A stretch of DNA of 64,000 bases from Selaginella moellendorffii (GCF_000143415.4 NW_003314344.1:745737-809736), one strand, 5' to 3'. Shown: positions 47,223-59,299, numbered from the stretch's first letter. The notes: generated by a model not told the origin, from the letters alone. Numbers and translations are program-made.

Positions 47223-48489
47223 TCCAGTCGAGGCAAGTGATCATGTCCTGGATGCTAGAGAGCAGCTGGAACGCCATGAACTCCTTGTAGCACTCAGGCA
47301 TTCCACCAGTAGGAGCAGAGGCGAAAGCATTGCAAAGGGGAATCGAGCTAAAGTCTTATTAATTAGGGCTCTTGGGGTGGATCTAGCAAAGTGGTGAGAG
47401 ATCATGAATCTTTTTATTCTCCTCCTACTACTGTTTCCTCCTCTATTTCAGAGTGAGGATTTCATATCCCACCGTTAGGCGCTCACTGAGTAGTGATTGG
47501 TAATGGTAGAACAGCGATTGCAAGAGCTGTTGAAGCAATTGGCGCTGCTGATGCCACCCCTGCAGTAGCAGCTGCCGCAGCCGCCTCCTCCGTCCCCGGC
47601 CCTGCCGCTCTCAATGGTGCCGCCACTGCTGCCACTGGTCCTGGTGGAGGTTCGCCGGCTTGTTAAGGAGGCTATGGGCGAGAAGATGTGTCCAATGGTT
47701 GAGGAGCCGTCCATGGTTGAGGAGAGCATGCTGGGTGAGGAGACACGATTGCCACCACTGCCACAACCACCACGACCGTCGCCACCGTCGTCACTACAAC
47801 CACCATGACCATCGGCACTAGTGCCACCATCCTCACCACCACCACCACTGCAAGGGATGGGGACCATCACCAGTATGATCAGTGAATTAGTAACATCATT
47901 GTTGTTCCTACTGTGTCTAGCACAATAGGAATGTCTATCATACTCTGAAAGATGAAAGTATGTAATCAGGTGTGTGTGTGTGTGTGTGTGTGTGAGATTG
48001 TGTAACTTAGAGTGTAGATTGCTGCTACTACAACCATTGATCAGGTGCCTTAGCCTTGATCCAGCTGCAATCTTCTGTTTTGTTAATCTTCATCTAATCA
48101 CCATGGCTTTTGTGCCTTTGTTGAGACTATAAGCTCTTGTGGATGCTCAAAACTTTGGCCAAGCCAACGCTCCCAACAACGTAGTTCAGGCTAGTCATGC
48201 CACTTTGCCTTGAACAAAAGAAGTGCTGCCCCCTTATGCCATTTGGACTTTGGAACAACACTTTGGAACACTGTGGCCCTACACGAGCCTCATGGGTACT
48301 CTCCCTAAGCCCTAAACCCTAAATGCCAAACCCTAAACCTGCATGGGTCACTTTGAAATAGAGGAAGAAACAGTAGCAGGAGGAGAATAAAATGATTCAT
48401 GATCTCTCACCACTTTGCTAGATCCACCCCAAGAGCCCTAATTAATAAGACTTTTACTCGATTCCCCTTTGCAATGCTTTCACATCTGC

Positions 48490-50830
48490 TCCTGCTGGTG
48501 GAATTCCCGAGTGCCGCAAGGAGTTCATGGCATTCCAGCTGCTCTCCAGCATCCAGGACACGATCACTTGCCTCGACTGGAGCCCCGGCGGCAATTGGAT
48601 CATCTACGGCTGCAAGGACTTGGTGAGGGTTTTCACAGGCTAGGTGAGCTCTCTGTGCACCACAACGTTGTCAATGGCGTCTTCTTCTTTACCGAGAGCA
48701 CTGAGAGAGGGTCTGCACCTAGGATGGCATGCTATGTCACTGGGGGCTCAAAAGCTTCCATCTCCCATGCTCAATGGTGGTGGCGATCAAGGAAAGTCGA
48801 GGAAGACGTAGCTTCACAAGGTATTTGCTTGGATCACTTGACTCCTCGGTTTCACACACTTACCAATCAGGAAGAATCTGATGACCAGCAAACGGAGCTA
48901 CGTCTGGATAAAGGGCAGTGGGAGCTCGTGAAGAAGCACTTAGAAGGATCTCGTCGTGCGACTCAACATCCTGGTTGCCGGGTTCTCGTCTGGAGTGTTT
49001 GGCATCTACCAAGTCCCCGACTTTACGTGCATGCATCTGCTATCCATCTCCAAAGAGAAGATAAGCACTGCAGTATTCAGCATACTTCGACGTCAACTGT
49101 GTTGCATATTCACCAGATTCGCAGCTGATTGCCACCGGCACCAATGACAACAAAGTAAAGGTCTGGCTGTGATCACTCTCTTCTTGCGCTGTCACTTATG
49201 CCTTTCTCATGTGTTGCAGTTGTGGAATGCTGCATTTGAATCCTGTTTCGTCAGCATGAGCACACAAATGCAGTGACTACAGTGTTGTTCTTGGCCGGAA
49301 GTAATGCTGTTCTCGATGGTACTGTGCGTGCATGGGATCTGATGCGCTATCAAACCATCACCAGGCCCAGTTTGTGTCATTGGCTGCAGACCAAAGTGGA
49401 GAGATCATCTGTGCTGGAACACGCATTCCAGGTATCTTGTCGCTTTCTACTCGCTCTCCTTTTCTCGATTCATTTCAAGCTTTACTGCTCTTGCTAGATA
49501 TATGTTTGGTCCATGAAAGCAGCATGTCCTCAGTGGTCACGAGGGACCGGTTCATGGTTTGGCCTCTTCTCCTACAGACGTGTGTACTCCTACGCAACAA
49601 TCCTTTCCACTTTCTAACACGTCTTGACAGGAGTTCTTGGCTTCCTCGTCACGGGACAAAACCGTGCGCCTGTGGATGTGTTTGAAGGCAAGGGCAGGGT
49701 TGAAAACTTCACCCATACGCATGACGTGCTCACTGTGGTTTACTGCTCGGACGGAAAGCAACTGGGCTGCTCAACACTTGATGGTCAGATCCACTTCTGG
49801 GACCCGATTGACGGAGTGCTAATGGGCACGATAGAAGGCAGGCGTGGTTGCAGGAGGGAGATTGATGAGCGATAGAAGAACGGCCACTAACTCGAGCTCG
49901 GGCAAATGCGTTACACGACGGCAGCCTACTGCTTGCTGGAGGAACCAGCAATTATATTTGCATGTACGATGCCGCGGACCAGGTATCACACACAAGCTCG
50001 CTTGGCTTTCATGCTTGCGAGATATCGTCTGTGCAGGCTTTGCTACAAAGGCTTCAGATATCTCACAGCTATTCGTTGGATGGTGTTCTGGACTTCCTAA
50101 ACTCGAAGAGAATGACTGCAGCAGGTCCTATAGTTCTGATCGATGACTCAGTGTCAATGATCAAGTTAGAGGCAAGTTGGCGCAGGATGCTGCAGGGCCA
50201 ATTATGTGCACCAAGTGCGTCAGGATATCTCCAACTGGCAGCAGCGGCAACAACGGAAAGCCTACTCAATGGACAACCTTGTTTTTGATCCCAGTGGATG
50301 TCGAACCGGAGGTACAATTGGTGTTTACGAGCGCACTGGATGTGAAGCTTTTCGTTGCCTTTTGTGTAGGCAATCAATGATGCGCTGGAAAGCAAGCGTT
50401 ATTCACAAGCACTGATGCTGGCACTCCGGTTGAACAAACCGCTGCTGATTCAGAAATGCATGGAGGCCGTAGACATCTCTGTGATCAGTGCTGTTGTCTG
50501 CAACGTTTCACTTTCGTACCTTGGAGATGCACTTGCGCAGTACCTAGAGAAGACACCTCATTTGGAGTTCTTACTGGTAGGTATCCAGTTAGAAGGAAAC
50601 ATGGACTAAGTTGGCTTTGTTACAGGAGCTTTGCATTGGCAGAACAATCCAGTCGAGGAACACGGAGCTCATGCCCGCTTTCAAGTCCCTATCTTGCAGC
50701 AACAACTGCCTCCAAAAATGACTACCTTCTCCCATTACCTATGCTCAGCCCCAACTAAGAGCCAGAGTGTGGAACAAAGCTTGGACTTGTATGGTAACAG
50801 ACGCGCTGCTCAGGCTTGAGAACTCAGGTG
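48490..50830 (+). pseudogene. PWP2: PWP2 (periodic tryptophan protein 2 / Utp1) pseudogene with introns, many deletions and frameshifts
   Basis: Ordered fragments DTITCLDWSPGGNWI, VAGFSSGVFGIY, IATGTNDNKVK, HTNAVT, DGTVRAWDLMRY, LAADQSGEIICAGT, STLDGQIHFWD, LDGVLDFLNSKRMT, ALRLNK, TPHLEFLL. Confidence 0.85.
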
Positions 50831-50894
50831 AAGTTATTTTTTCTTTATTTGAAGGTGAACCAAACAATTTCACAAAACTCTCTGCACTCTCAGG

Positions 50895-51231
50895 TCCTGG
50901 AGTCGTCGGCCCAACCATCCCGCTGCTGCTCCACGTCAGGAACCACTGCCTCACGTGCGTCCCGGTGACTACACTTGCCGGTAGCACCTCTTGGGTCCGG
51001 CTTGCGGCACCACTCTCCTGTCGGGGTCCGTGGGGATCACTTGCATGGCCGTCTGCATCTCCACCGCCAACTGGTATCCCCCTGAGACAAGCACGTCACA
51101 TCCGAGCCCACCCCTCGAGCGTCTTGGCGACGCTCATCCAAGCGCTGCCACACTTGAAGTTGTATACTCCGGCCACCGCATCCGGGACCGTCAATGGAAG
51201 CCCGCCACCTTTGACGCGTTCAGCCAGTTGA
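50895..51231 (-). pseudogene. Deletion-riddled inverted fragments of the ACCase CT exon
   Basis: Reverse complement of pieces of about 27448-27570 (GAGGCAGTGGTTC.TGACGTGGAGCAGCAGC) and about 26488-26845 (CGCTCGAGGGGTGGGCTCGGA, GAGAGTGGTGCCGCAAGCCGGAC). Confidence 0.88.
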
Positions 51232-51349
51232 CATGCCGCTTTCCACGGTTTGATGGAGCAGCAAAGGTATCCTTTTTGGCTAAAAAGGATACAAACGTCC
51301 TTTTTGGTAAAAAGGATTGAATCAAGATAAAATACTATTCTTGTGGGAA

Positions 51350-52478
51350 GGGTTTGGGTGGATCCATAGTGATGATATCATTTACCACCGAGTGGCGCTC
51401 CTTGAGCAGCAATTGGCAGTGGTGGAGCAGCGAGTGGCAGTGGTGGAGGAGCAACTCCAAGAGCTATTGAAGCAATTGCCACTACAGCTGCCACTGCCTC
51501 CTTTGCCTCCGCTGCTGTCAGTGCCACCGCCAGTGGTCCAAGAGTTCATGGCAGAGTTGGTCTCGCTGGTCCGGAAGTCTATGGGTGAGGAAATGTGTCC
51601 ACAATCGTCGTCCATGGGTTCCATGGATGAGGAGCCATTAATGGTTGAGGAGAGCATGCTAGGTGAAGAGACACGATTGCCACCACTGCCACCATCCTCA
51701 CCATGACCACCACCACTATCACCACCACTGCCACCATCCTCACCACCACCACCACCACAGGGGACGGGGACAGGGGCAAAGAATAGCACAAGGACCTGCA
51801 CTAGCACTAGGACCACCACCAGCACCATCACCAATGTTATAATTGAATTTGGATTGATTCTTCTTTATGTTAGCATCAGCATCATAGCTGGATTAAGATT
51901 ATCAAGTCTTCTTCTTGTCATCACAGCATCATAACTGGATTGGAATCATCGACTCTTAGCTGGACCATCACCAACATAGTAGGAACGTTTATGATATTAA
52001 AAGATCAAGAACTTGCTTTTGCAGCAATCTTCTAATTTTTTTTCTAATCACCCTAGCTCTTCTGCATTTGTCGAGACTGTTGCTCAAAACTTTAAGAACA
52101 GGGACATGACGCTGCCGGGGCTCCCAACAGCGAACTTTGCATCAAGCTTTGGTGGATCACTCCAAAGCTTCAATCCAAGCGCAACTGTTGAGAACGATTC
52201 TGACAGTGAGATTCAAGCAAGAGGTCGAGAATGTCAGCCTTGCAATGCTAGTTGCGATGCTCCACCTGCCTTGCTACCTTGGCATCAAGCAAGCTTTCAC
52301 CATGCTCACCAGCGTGTTTACCTCACAATCCCCTGGGATGGCTCCTAGGGTTTGGAACACACCGTGAGCACCTTGATGATGGTCACTTCCTCGGCCTCAA
52401 AGAACCTGATGCCTGGCTTGGGCACACCAGCAATGTTAGTTTGGAAGATAAGCATGAATATGCTCTAACCCAAAAAAT
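51350..52478 (+). pseudogene. Divergent paralog of the array gene family, interrupted by the Copia LTR
   Basis: HSDDIIYHRVALLEQQLAVVEQRV...QELLKQLP...AELVSLVRKSMGEEMCP...MVEESMLGEETRLPPLPP, followed by the same downstream modules. Confidence 0.75.
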
Positions 52479-55400
52479 TGTTGTGTTTGACCATCGAATG
52501 AATCTTTATTCATGAGATTTTGGTCAATATACAATGCGTCTCCTGGCGTCCTAGCTGGCACTGGTCTGTCCGTACATCGTACGGCTTCCCACCGTAACAC
52601 TCCCACTCGGGCAGACACCAAGTGCAGCCTGAATTGATCTTGCGATTCTTGCTTAAGGCAATGTAGCCCTAATTGTCGCAATAGATCGCTGTTGAACCTG
52701 GAAGAGAGTGTTCCATGTCCGTTAGAAGACGACGAAGCCAGATGGCCTCCTTGCTAGCAGCCATATACTCAGCTTCGCAGCTAGAGCAAGCCACAACACT
52801 CTGTTTCTTGCTGCTCCAAGAAAGAGCGGCTTGTTGCAAGCTAAAAAAATAGCCTGTGTGTGATCTTCGTGAATCTGGGCAGCCAGCCCAGTCCGAATCA
52901 CAGTAGCCCTGTAAGCGTGTGACTTTTGGCGTGTAAAGTAAGCCAAAAGAAGTGGTAGCTCGTAAGTACCGAAAAATTCTTTTTACTGCTTGCCAATGTG
53001 CAGGGCCTGGATTGTCGAGAAACCTGCTTACCATGCTCACTGAGAAGGCAATGTCTGGTCGCGTGCACACCACCAGGTACATCAAGCTTCCCACGGCACT
53101 TCGGTAAGGAACGTTCGCCATTTTCCTCCTATCCGAGTCTGTAGAAGGAGATGTATCCTTTGAAAGTCTTAAGCCAGCAACCATTGGCGTGGGTGCAGGG
53201 GCACAAGAGTCCATGCCGAATCGTTGCAGGACATCTTCCGCATACTTGGTTTGATGCAGAAAGAGGGAGCCATCTTTTCTGCGATCAATCTGGATGCCAA
53301 GGCAGTAGCGAGCTTCACCAAGGTCCTTCATCTCAAAATGAGATGAGAAAGCCACTTTGATTTTAGCTAGGAAAGCAAGGCTGTTGCAAACGAGTAGAGT
53401 GTCGTCTACATACACAGCGATGTAAATCACTTCATCTCCCACTCGTTTAAAGTAGAGATTGGGATCGTTCTTGCTCCTGGAAAAGTGAGATTTCACAAAA
53501 AATCATCAAGATTTTTGTACCATTGGCGAGAGGCTTGCTTCAAGCCAAAAATCGCCTTGTGGAGCTTCCAAACGTGGCTCTCATGTCCTGGGACCTTGTA
53601 GCCTTCTGGCTGCTCCATATAGATGTCCTCATCAAGCTCTCCATTCAAGAAAGCCGTCTTGACATCCATCTGGTGTACGTGCCAATTGTGCGCAACTGCT
53701 AAAGCGAGCAAGGTGCGAATGGTAGTCAGCTTGACCACCGGGGCAAACGTATCAGTGTAATCCACACCAGCCACTTGAGAGTAGCCTTTCGCCACCAAGC
53801 GAGCCTTGTAGCGAGAAATGGTGTGGTCTGGGTTGAGCTTAATACTAGGAATCCACATGGATTTCACTAGTTTACGCCCGGCCGGAGCTCTTTCCACCAA
53901 GGAGAAGGTGTTGTTCTTGAGAAAGGAGTTATACTCCTCATCAAAGGCTGCAACCCATTTGTCTCTGTTAGGAGAGGCAAGAGCATCGATGTAGCTGTGA
54001 GGAACTTCCGGAATGTCCACGCCAGCAAGCAATGTCTCAACCAAGCCTTCAGGAATGTCTTGAACGACCGAGAGCATTGTCTCGATCAACCGCTGCGGAG
54101 GAACACCTAAATTCGACTGGAAAGACCGGCGGGGAGGCTGATCCGGAGGTACTGCAGGTTGCTCCGGAGGGCCTCGAGGAGAATCTGGTGCCGCGGGTGG
54201 TTCTCCATCGAAATATAGGTCATCCCTGAGTGGCAGTTGAGGCCGAACAGGGGATAGGGCACCCCTGTTTGGCGAATTTGGCAAAACCGTAGATCTCCCA
54301 CCTGGAAATCTGGCGCTCTGGAAGCTCCCACTTGCAGCGGCAAGATAGGAGAGACTACCACCGGTTCCAAGGTTGAAGAAGAGTCTTCAGTTGGAAGAAT
54401 CGGGGCAGGAGGGAAGAGATCTCCCACTGGATGAGAACGAATAGCATTCTCATTGAAGTGAACGTCGCGGGAGATAATCAGCTTCCTGGAGACTAGGTTG
54501 AAAATCCTGTAAGCCTTGTGCTCCAGGCTATAGCCAAGAAAGATGCCTCGCTCGCTGGTGGGCGTAAGCTTCTTTCTGATGGCCTTGGGGACGTGAGTGT
54601 AGGCCTCACATCCAAAGATACGCAAGTGATCTATGGCTGGCTTGCGGCGTGACCAGGCTTCTTCAGGTGTTTTTCCAACCACGGCTTTTGTAGGGAGCCG
54701 ATTTTGTAGATAGCAGGCGGTCATAACTGCTTCAGCCCAGAACATAGCAGGAACGCGGTTGGCTTGAAGCATGCTATTTGCGGCATCTATCAAGCTCCGG
54801 TTCTTGCGTTCTGCAACACCGTTCTGCTGAGAGGAATACGGGGCGGTTTGCTCTCTTTGAATTCCATGCTTTTGAAGAAAAGCAGAAAACTTCTGAGAGA
54901 CATACTCGCCACCTCCATCTGATCTGAGTCGCTTCAACGGTTTTCCAGTTTGCTTTTCAGCAAGAGCTTTGAAGATCTCGGACTTATCTAGAGCCTGGGA
55001 TTTCGTGACCAAGCAGTAGACGAAGGTCTTCCTGCTGTAATCGTCCACGAAAGTAATGAAGTACTTGGAGCCGCCAAAGGAGACATGAGGAGCAGGGCCC
55101 CAAATATCGCTATGGACAAGCTCCAAGACTTCTTTGGCTCGTTTTGCTCCACGCTTAGGAAAAGGGAGCCGATGCTGTTTCCCAAGCTGGCAGCCTATGG
55201 ACGTAGAGCTGTCAAGCTGAGGATCGAGACCATCAACCATCTGGTCCTTAGCTAGTTGAGCAATGCGTAGAGTGCTAGCATGGCCGAAGCGTTTATGCCA
55301 AAGCTCAAGATGATGTGTCTTAGCTGCCACAAAGGTGAGAAATTGATGAGGTTTCTCCACCAACTCTGTGGCGTGAATGGGTTCCATACAGAGCTCGTAA

Positions 55401-56290
55401 AGGCCTCTGTTCTCACGTCGTACGCCAACAAATCCGAGATTGCCATCAGGAGTAAGGAACGAGCAATCAGATTTACTGAAACGGAGATCAAAGCCAGAGT
55501 CTGTGAGCTGGCCAACTGAAAGTAGATTGGCGCTAAGTTTTGGAACAAGGAGAACATTCTCAATCGTGACTGTGAAGCCACTACATAGTTTGAGAAGTAT
55601 GGTTCCACGTCCCGTGATCTTGAGAGTGCGGCCATCACCAACAGCTACTCCTACCAGCATGTCCAGCTCTTGGAGCGTCTTGAACCACCTCGCATCGTGC
55701 GTCAAGTGGTCACTCGCTCCTGAATCAAAATAAAACGTACTCTGATTCTTAGAGGCTAGAAAAACCGAACGTACGCTCACATAAGCATGTGCTTCAATGT
55801 CGAGCGGTGGTTGAACTAGGAGTGTTTTTTATTTCTTGGGCCGCTTCTCTGGGAACTTAAACCAGCAGTTCTTAGGTTCATGATTGGTCTTCTTGCAGTG
55901 CTCGCAAGGTGGGAATTTCCCTGATGAAGAGCTCCCACTTGCTTTGAACGGCTTCTTTTTCTGCTGCGTCTTTGCAGTGGTGTAGAACGAGGTTGTCTCC
56001 TTGTCACTGGCCTTGCGCCTCAGTTCTGTGTTCTTCAACGCGGTTGTTACATCGCGCCAAGAGATTTTTCCTCCAGGAATTGACGGTTGAAGAGACTGGA
56101 TCACCGTGTCGAAAGATGAAGGGAGAGTCGAAAGGAGATATTCGCACTCTTCTTCTTCTTCCATCTGTGCCCCAACAGCCATCAACTCGTCGAGGATCTC
56201 CTTAACGGCAGCGATGTGTGTGGGGAGGTGGTCAGCCTCTGACATCGCCATCGTGAAGAGTTTGCGGCAAAGATAAACCCGATAAGGAAG
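52479..56290 (-). mobile_element. Decayed Ty1/Copia retrotransposon: gag-pol with stops and 2 frameshifts, short 3' LTR 52479-52599, 5' LTR missing
   Basis: Zn knuckle CEHCKKTNHEPKNC, protease DSGAS, WHKRFGH, integrase VHSDIWGP/RSDGGGEY/QQNGVAERKNR, RT YKARLVAKGY/QMDVKTAFLNG/YVDD, RNase H YCDSDWAG. PPT GAGTGGGAG is followed by TGTT...AACA. Confidence 0.95.
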
Positions 56291-57220
56291 GCGGTGCTGT
56301 AGGACGAAGAGGAAGAGGAGGAAGAGGAGGGGGCTTAGGAGGCGCCCCTATCCACTCGGTCCAGTCGTATTCCAGTTTGCAACTAGAACCCTAACTACCC
56401 GCGCCTTGCGAGCAGGTTGGAGGCGATCAAGCAGCGCTCGCTGGTTCTGCTTGCTTCCCAGTTCGTGGCTTGATCGGTGCGCCAGAAGGGATAGCTCCAT
56501 TTCTCTTGGCTTGTTTGCTGTAGTGGGGCCAGGGGCGGAGCACGGCCACCTCAAGAACATCAGCTTCGTTCCAGATCGATGCCTCGAGGAGCTCTACTCG
56601 CAGACCTTCAGACCTTCGAGCGGAATGCCTCCTCCGTGGGAGCTGCTGCAAGCCGCGGGGCACAGCCCAATCTCTCCGGCTTCAACGTTCTCGTAACGGC
56701 CAACGGAGAGCTCGCGGTCTCGAACGAGTGCCGGGATCGCTGGAGCCACTGTTGACCGAAGGAAGAAAACGTGGTCAACGAGACGCTGACCAGATCAAGT
56801 CCCGGCCGCCGCCGCTGGACTTGCGGAGGGGCGATCGAGCTGCGTCGACACCAAAATCACTAGCTTGGTTGGGAGCCTTGCTCCATCTTCCAGGCTGATC
56901 CCGCGAGAGACCATCCAGAGAGCACCACTGGAGCTCTCTCGGGCGAAGTTGAATCCAGCATGGCGGAGGGCTCTCTGGCAGGTCATTCTCTCGACGAGCT
57001 GGGCCGAGGATGCGTCACAGGCTGTCCGGGATGAAGCTGCGAGAGATCAAACAAGCTGGGAGCAGTCGTTTGTTTGGAGAGCACTATCCACGGTTGTATG
57101 GTGTGTCATCGCCTCTGCGCATTGACCAGGGCCATCTCCGCTCCTGGAGCTTTTGTTTCTCAAAGATCTTTAAGCAGGTTTGCGAGGCAGTGGATCTCTC
57201 CCAGTGCTCTTCCAAGCTTT

Positions 57221-58230
57221 TTAGAGCCTCAGAAGCTCTAACGCAAACCATCTGTTCCTGACACCGTCTTTGACAGATATATCCAAGCGTCTCCTCTTAT
57301 CGTCTTTCGTTTTCGGCTCCGGTATCACAAACCAGTTCTGATGGGGATACGCACTGCCTTCAGCTTGACAAACATTTCGAACTGGATACTGTACTCCGAA
57401 TCCCAATTCTGTGACTCCGCTCTTTCCAAAATGCTCCGGTCCAGCCTTTCAATGGTCCTGCTGATCACCGAAACGTGATCAAACCGTGGTGGACGTGGAC
57501 CTGCTTCCACGCTATGGCTTAGACGAACATAAAGACCATAGAGTAGAGTCGACATGAGCAGCAGAGACGAGAACTTCAAATCACATAGCACGCCATCCAG
57601 ATTCGTATCAACCACCACACCTTCAGACAGCAGAAGTTCCACAGTTTCATCGTGGGGGACTTTGACGTTGCACCCGGCTCTCAATAGCAACAAGAGCAGC
57701 TCCTTCCCACGGGGCTCAAGAGCCTTGCAGGCGGAGATAATAGCATAGTACGTAGCCTTGACGAAAATCTTGAAAATGAATTTGTCCTTGTGCAGTTGCA
57801 GCCACATCTCAAGAGTCTTCGTGGTCTTGTCGATGAACTCTCGGTGCAGCAACTCACAGCATGCGCCTACCAGTCCCTTGTGTCCCGACGTCAATTCCAG
57901 CATCGACGCAGCTATAGCTTCCCTGTCAACTGAGATGAATGTATCCTTCTCGTACTGCCACAGCAACGACTCTATGTCTGACAGTGTAAAACCGGTGGAA
58001 ACCATTCGGAACTCGTCCGAAAACGGAGAGTTTTCAGCGCCTGGCGAGGGAAGATAGAAACCGGGAGGAGCCCCTTAGGTTCTCTTTCCACGGGCAAGTT
58101 TCAGCTCCAACAGCAACGAATCTGTGCCAATAGCTAAGACCGAGAGCAGCCGATTCTTGTACCGGTCCTGCTTCAAGTTCCGCAATGTGGCGAGAAACGA
58201 TTGCTTAAAATCTTTAGACAGCTTCGAAAA
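57221..58230 (-). pseudogene. Crinkler-type NTPase C-terminal module plus putative restriction-endonuclease-like domain, disrupted
   Basis: SFLATLRNLKQ...SVLAIGT, NSPFS..GFTLSDIESLL..YE, LTSGHKGLVGACC, LLSEGVV, then SEYSIQFE and (frameshifted) VIPE..RRLDISV. Family recognised from memory. Confidence 0.55.
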
Positions 58231-58499
58231 AATGCTCAACTAGACTGTCGTTTTTCCCTTGACCCTTTTTGAACATGGTTATAAACTTACTGGAGCCAAA
58301 AGTCATAGTTGGATCCGGCTCAAGGTCCCCACTCGAACGCAGAAACTCCACAACCATGTTCCCAGCGATCGCTATCAGTAAGCTGTGGATCTACAATCTG
58401 CCCGTAGATTCAGGAGAACTTTGATAGCCAACCTGTCAAACCAGTAGCGTCCTATAACTTAATGCTCTCATCGTTTTCTCAAAGTGGTGTTATAGAAAT

Positions 58500-58940
58500 G
58501 GCTGTGAGTTGTTTTAGTCAATGCAGGAAAGGAATCTCGTGTCCTGGGATGTAATGCTTGCTGCGTATGCCCATATCGGGCATCTTGGTCGATGCTGGAA
58601 TATCTTCGCGGCACAACCTGAGAGAGACACAGTCTCGTGGGGCACAATTTTAGCTGCGTGATTCCAAAGACGCATTCAAGATTTTTAGCAGCATGAATCT
58701 GATCGGCACAACAGCTGATGAAGCTTGTTTTGTATCACTTCTCGTGGCCTGTAGCCGTGGAGGCAAGCTCTACGCGGCCAAAACTTACTTGGCTTCCATG
58801 GTGGATTGAAGCCTTTGAAGCAGCACTACTGCTGTGTGATAAACTTGCTGGCCAAAGCTGGGCACCTTGAAAGTGCTGCGAATCTTATCACTGAGATGCC
58901 TTTTGTGCCTTTTGTGCCCTGGAGTGGACGTGCTTGCTTT
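58500..58940 (+). pseudogene. PPR gene remnant
   Basis: MQERNLVSWDVMLAAYAH, PERDTVSW, FVSLLVACSRGG, HYCCVINLLAKAGHL...EMPF, with stops and frameshifts. Confidence 0.85.
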
Positions 58941-59299
58941 AGTGTTATTTTAAAATGTCTTTAGAGAGGATGATTTGCCATTGTCTGCCATCGTCAATTT
59001 ATAAATTGAGATTTTTGTTTTCTTCTTTGTTTTGCTGAAATAATTCAGAAGCCATGTTTACTGCTGCTAAGAAACAAGTTCGTTCCACAATTCTTCAAGC
59101 TAGAAGTAGGACAAAAGCAAGCTCCCCTTCTTCTTATAGATGGCATTGTTCTAGAATTCCTTCTTGGCCACTAAGCTAAGAGGGAGAGGATGATTCACCA
59201 CATTTCTTTAGAAGTAGGAGCTAAACCAAGTTCCCCTTCTTCTAGCTAAGATGCTAGCTCCACACAGTAATTCTAGTGTAGATCCATGGACCTCTTCCA

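Larger units (their letters stand above)
45301..48345. repeat. Inverted long units of the array family
   Basis: Reverse complement of the modules at 29180-30900, with C-strand telomeric tracts near 46885 and 48310. Confidence 0.85.

Noticed and set aside
56290-57200. GC-rich short ORFs between the Copia element and the NTPase remnant
   Set aside because: Probably decayed coding sequence, but no family could be supported.
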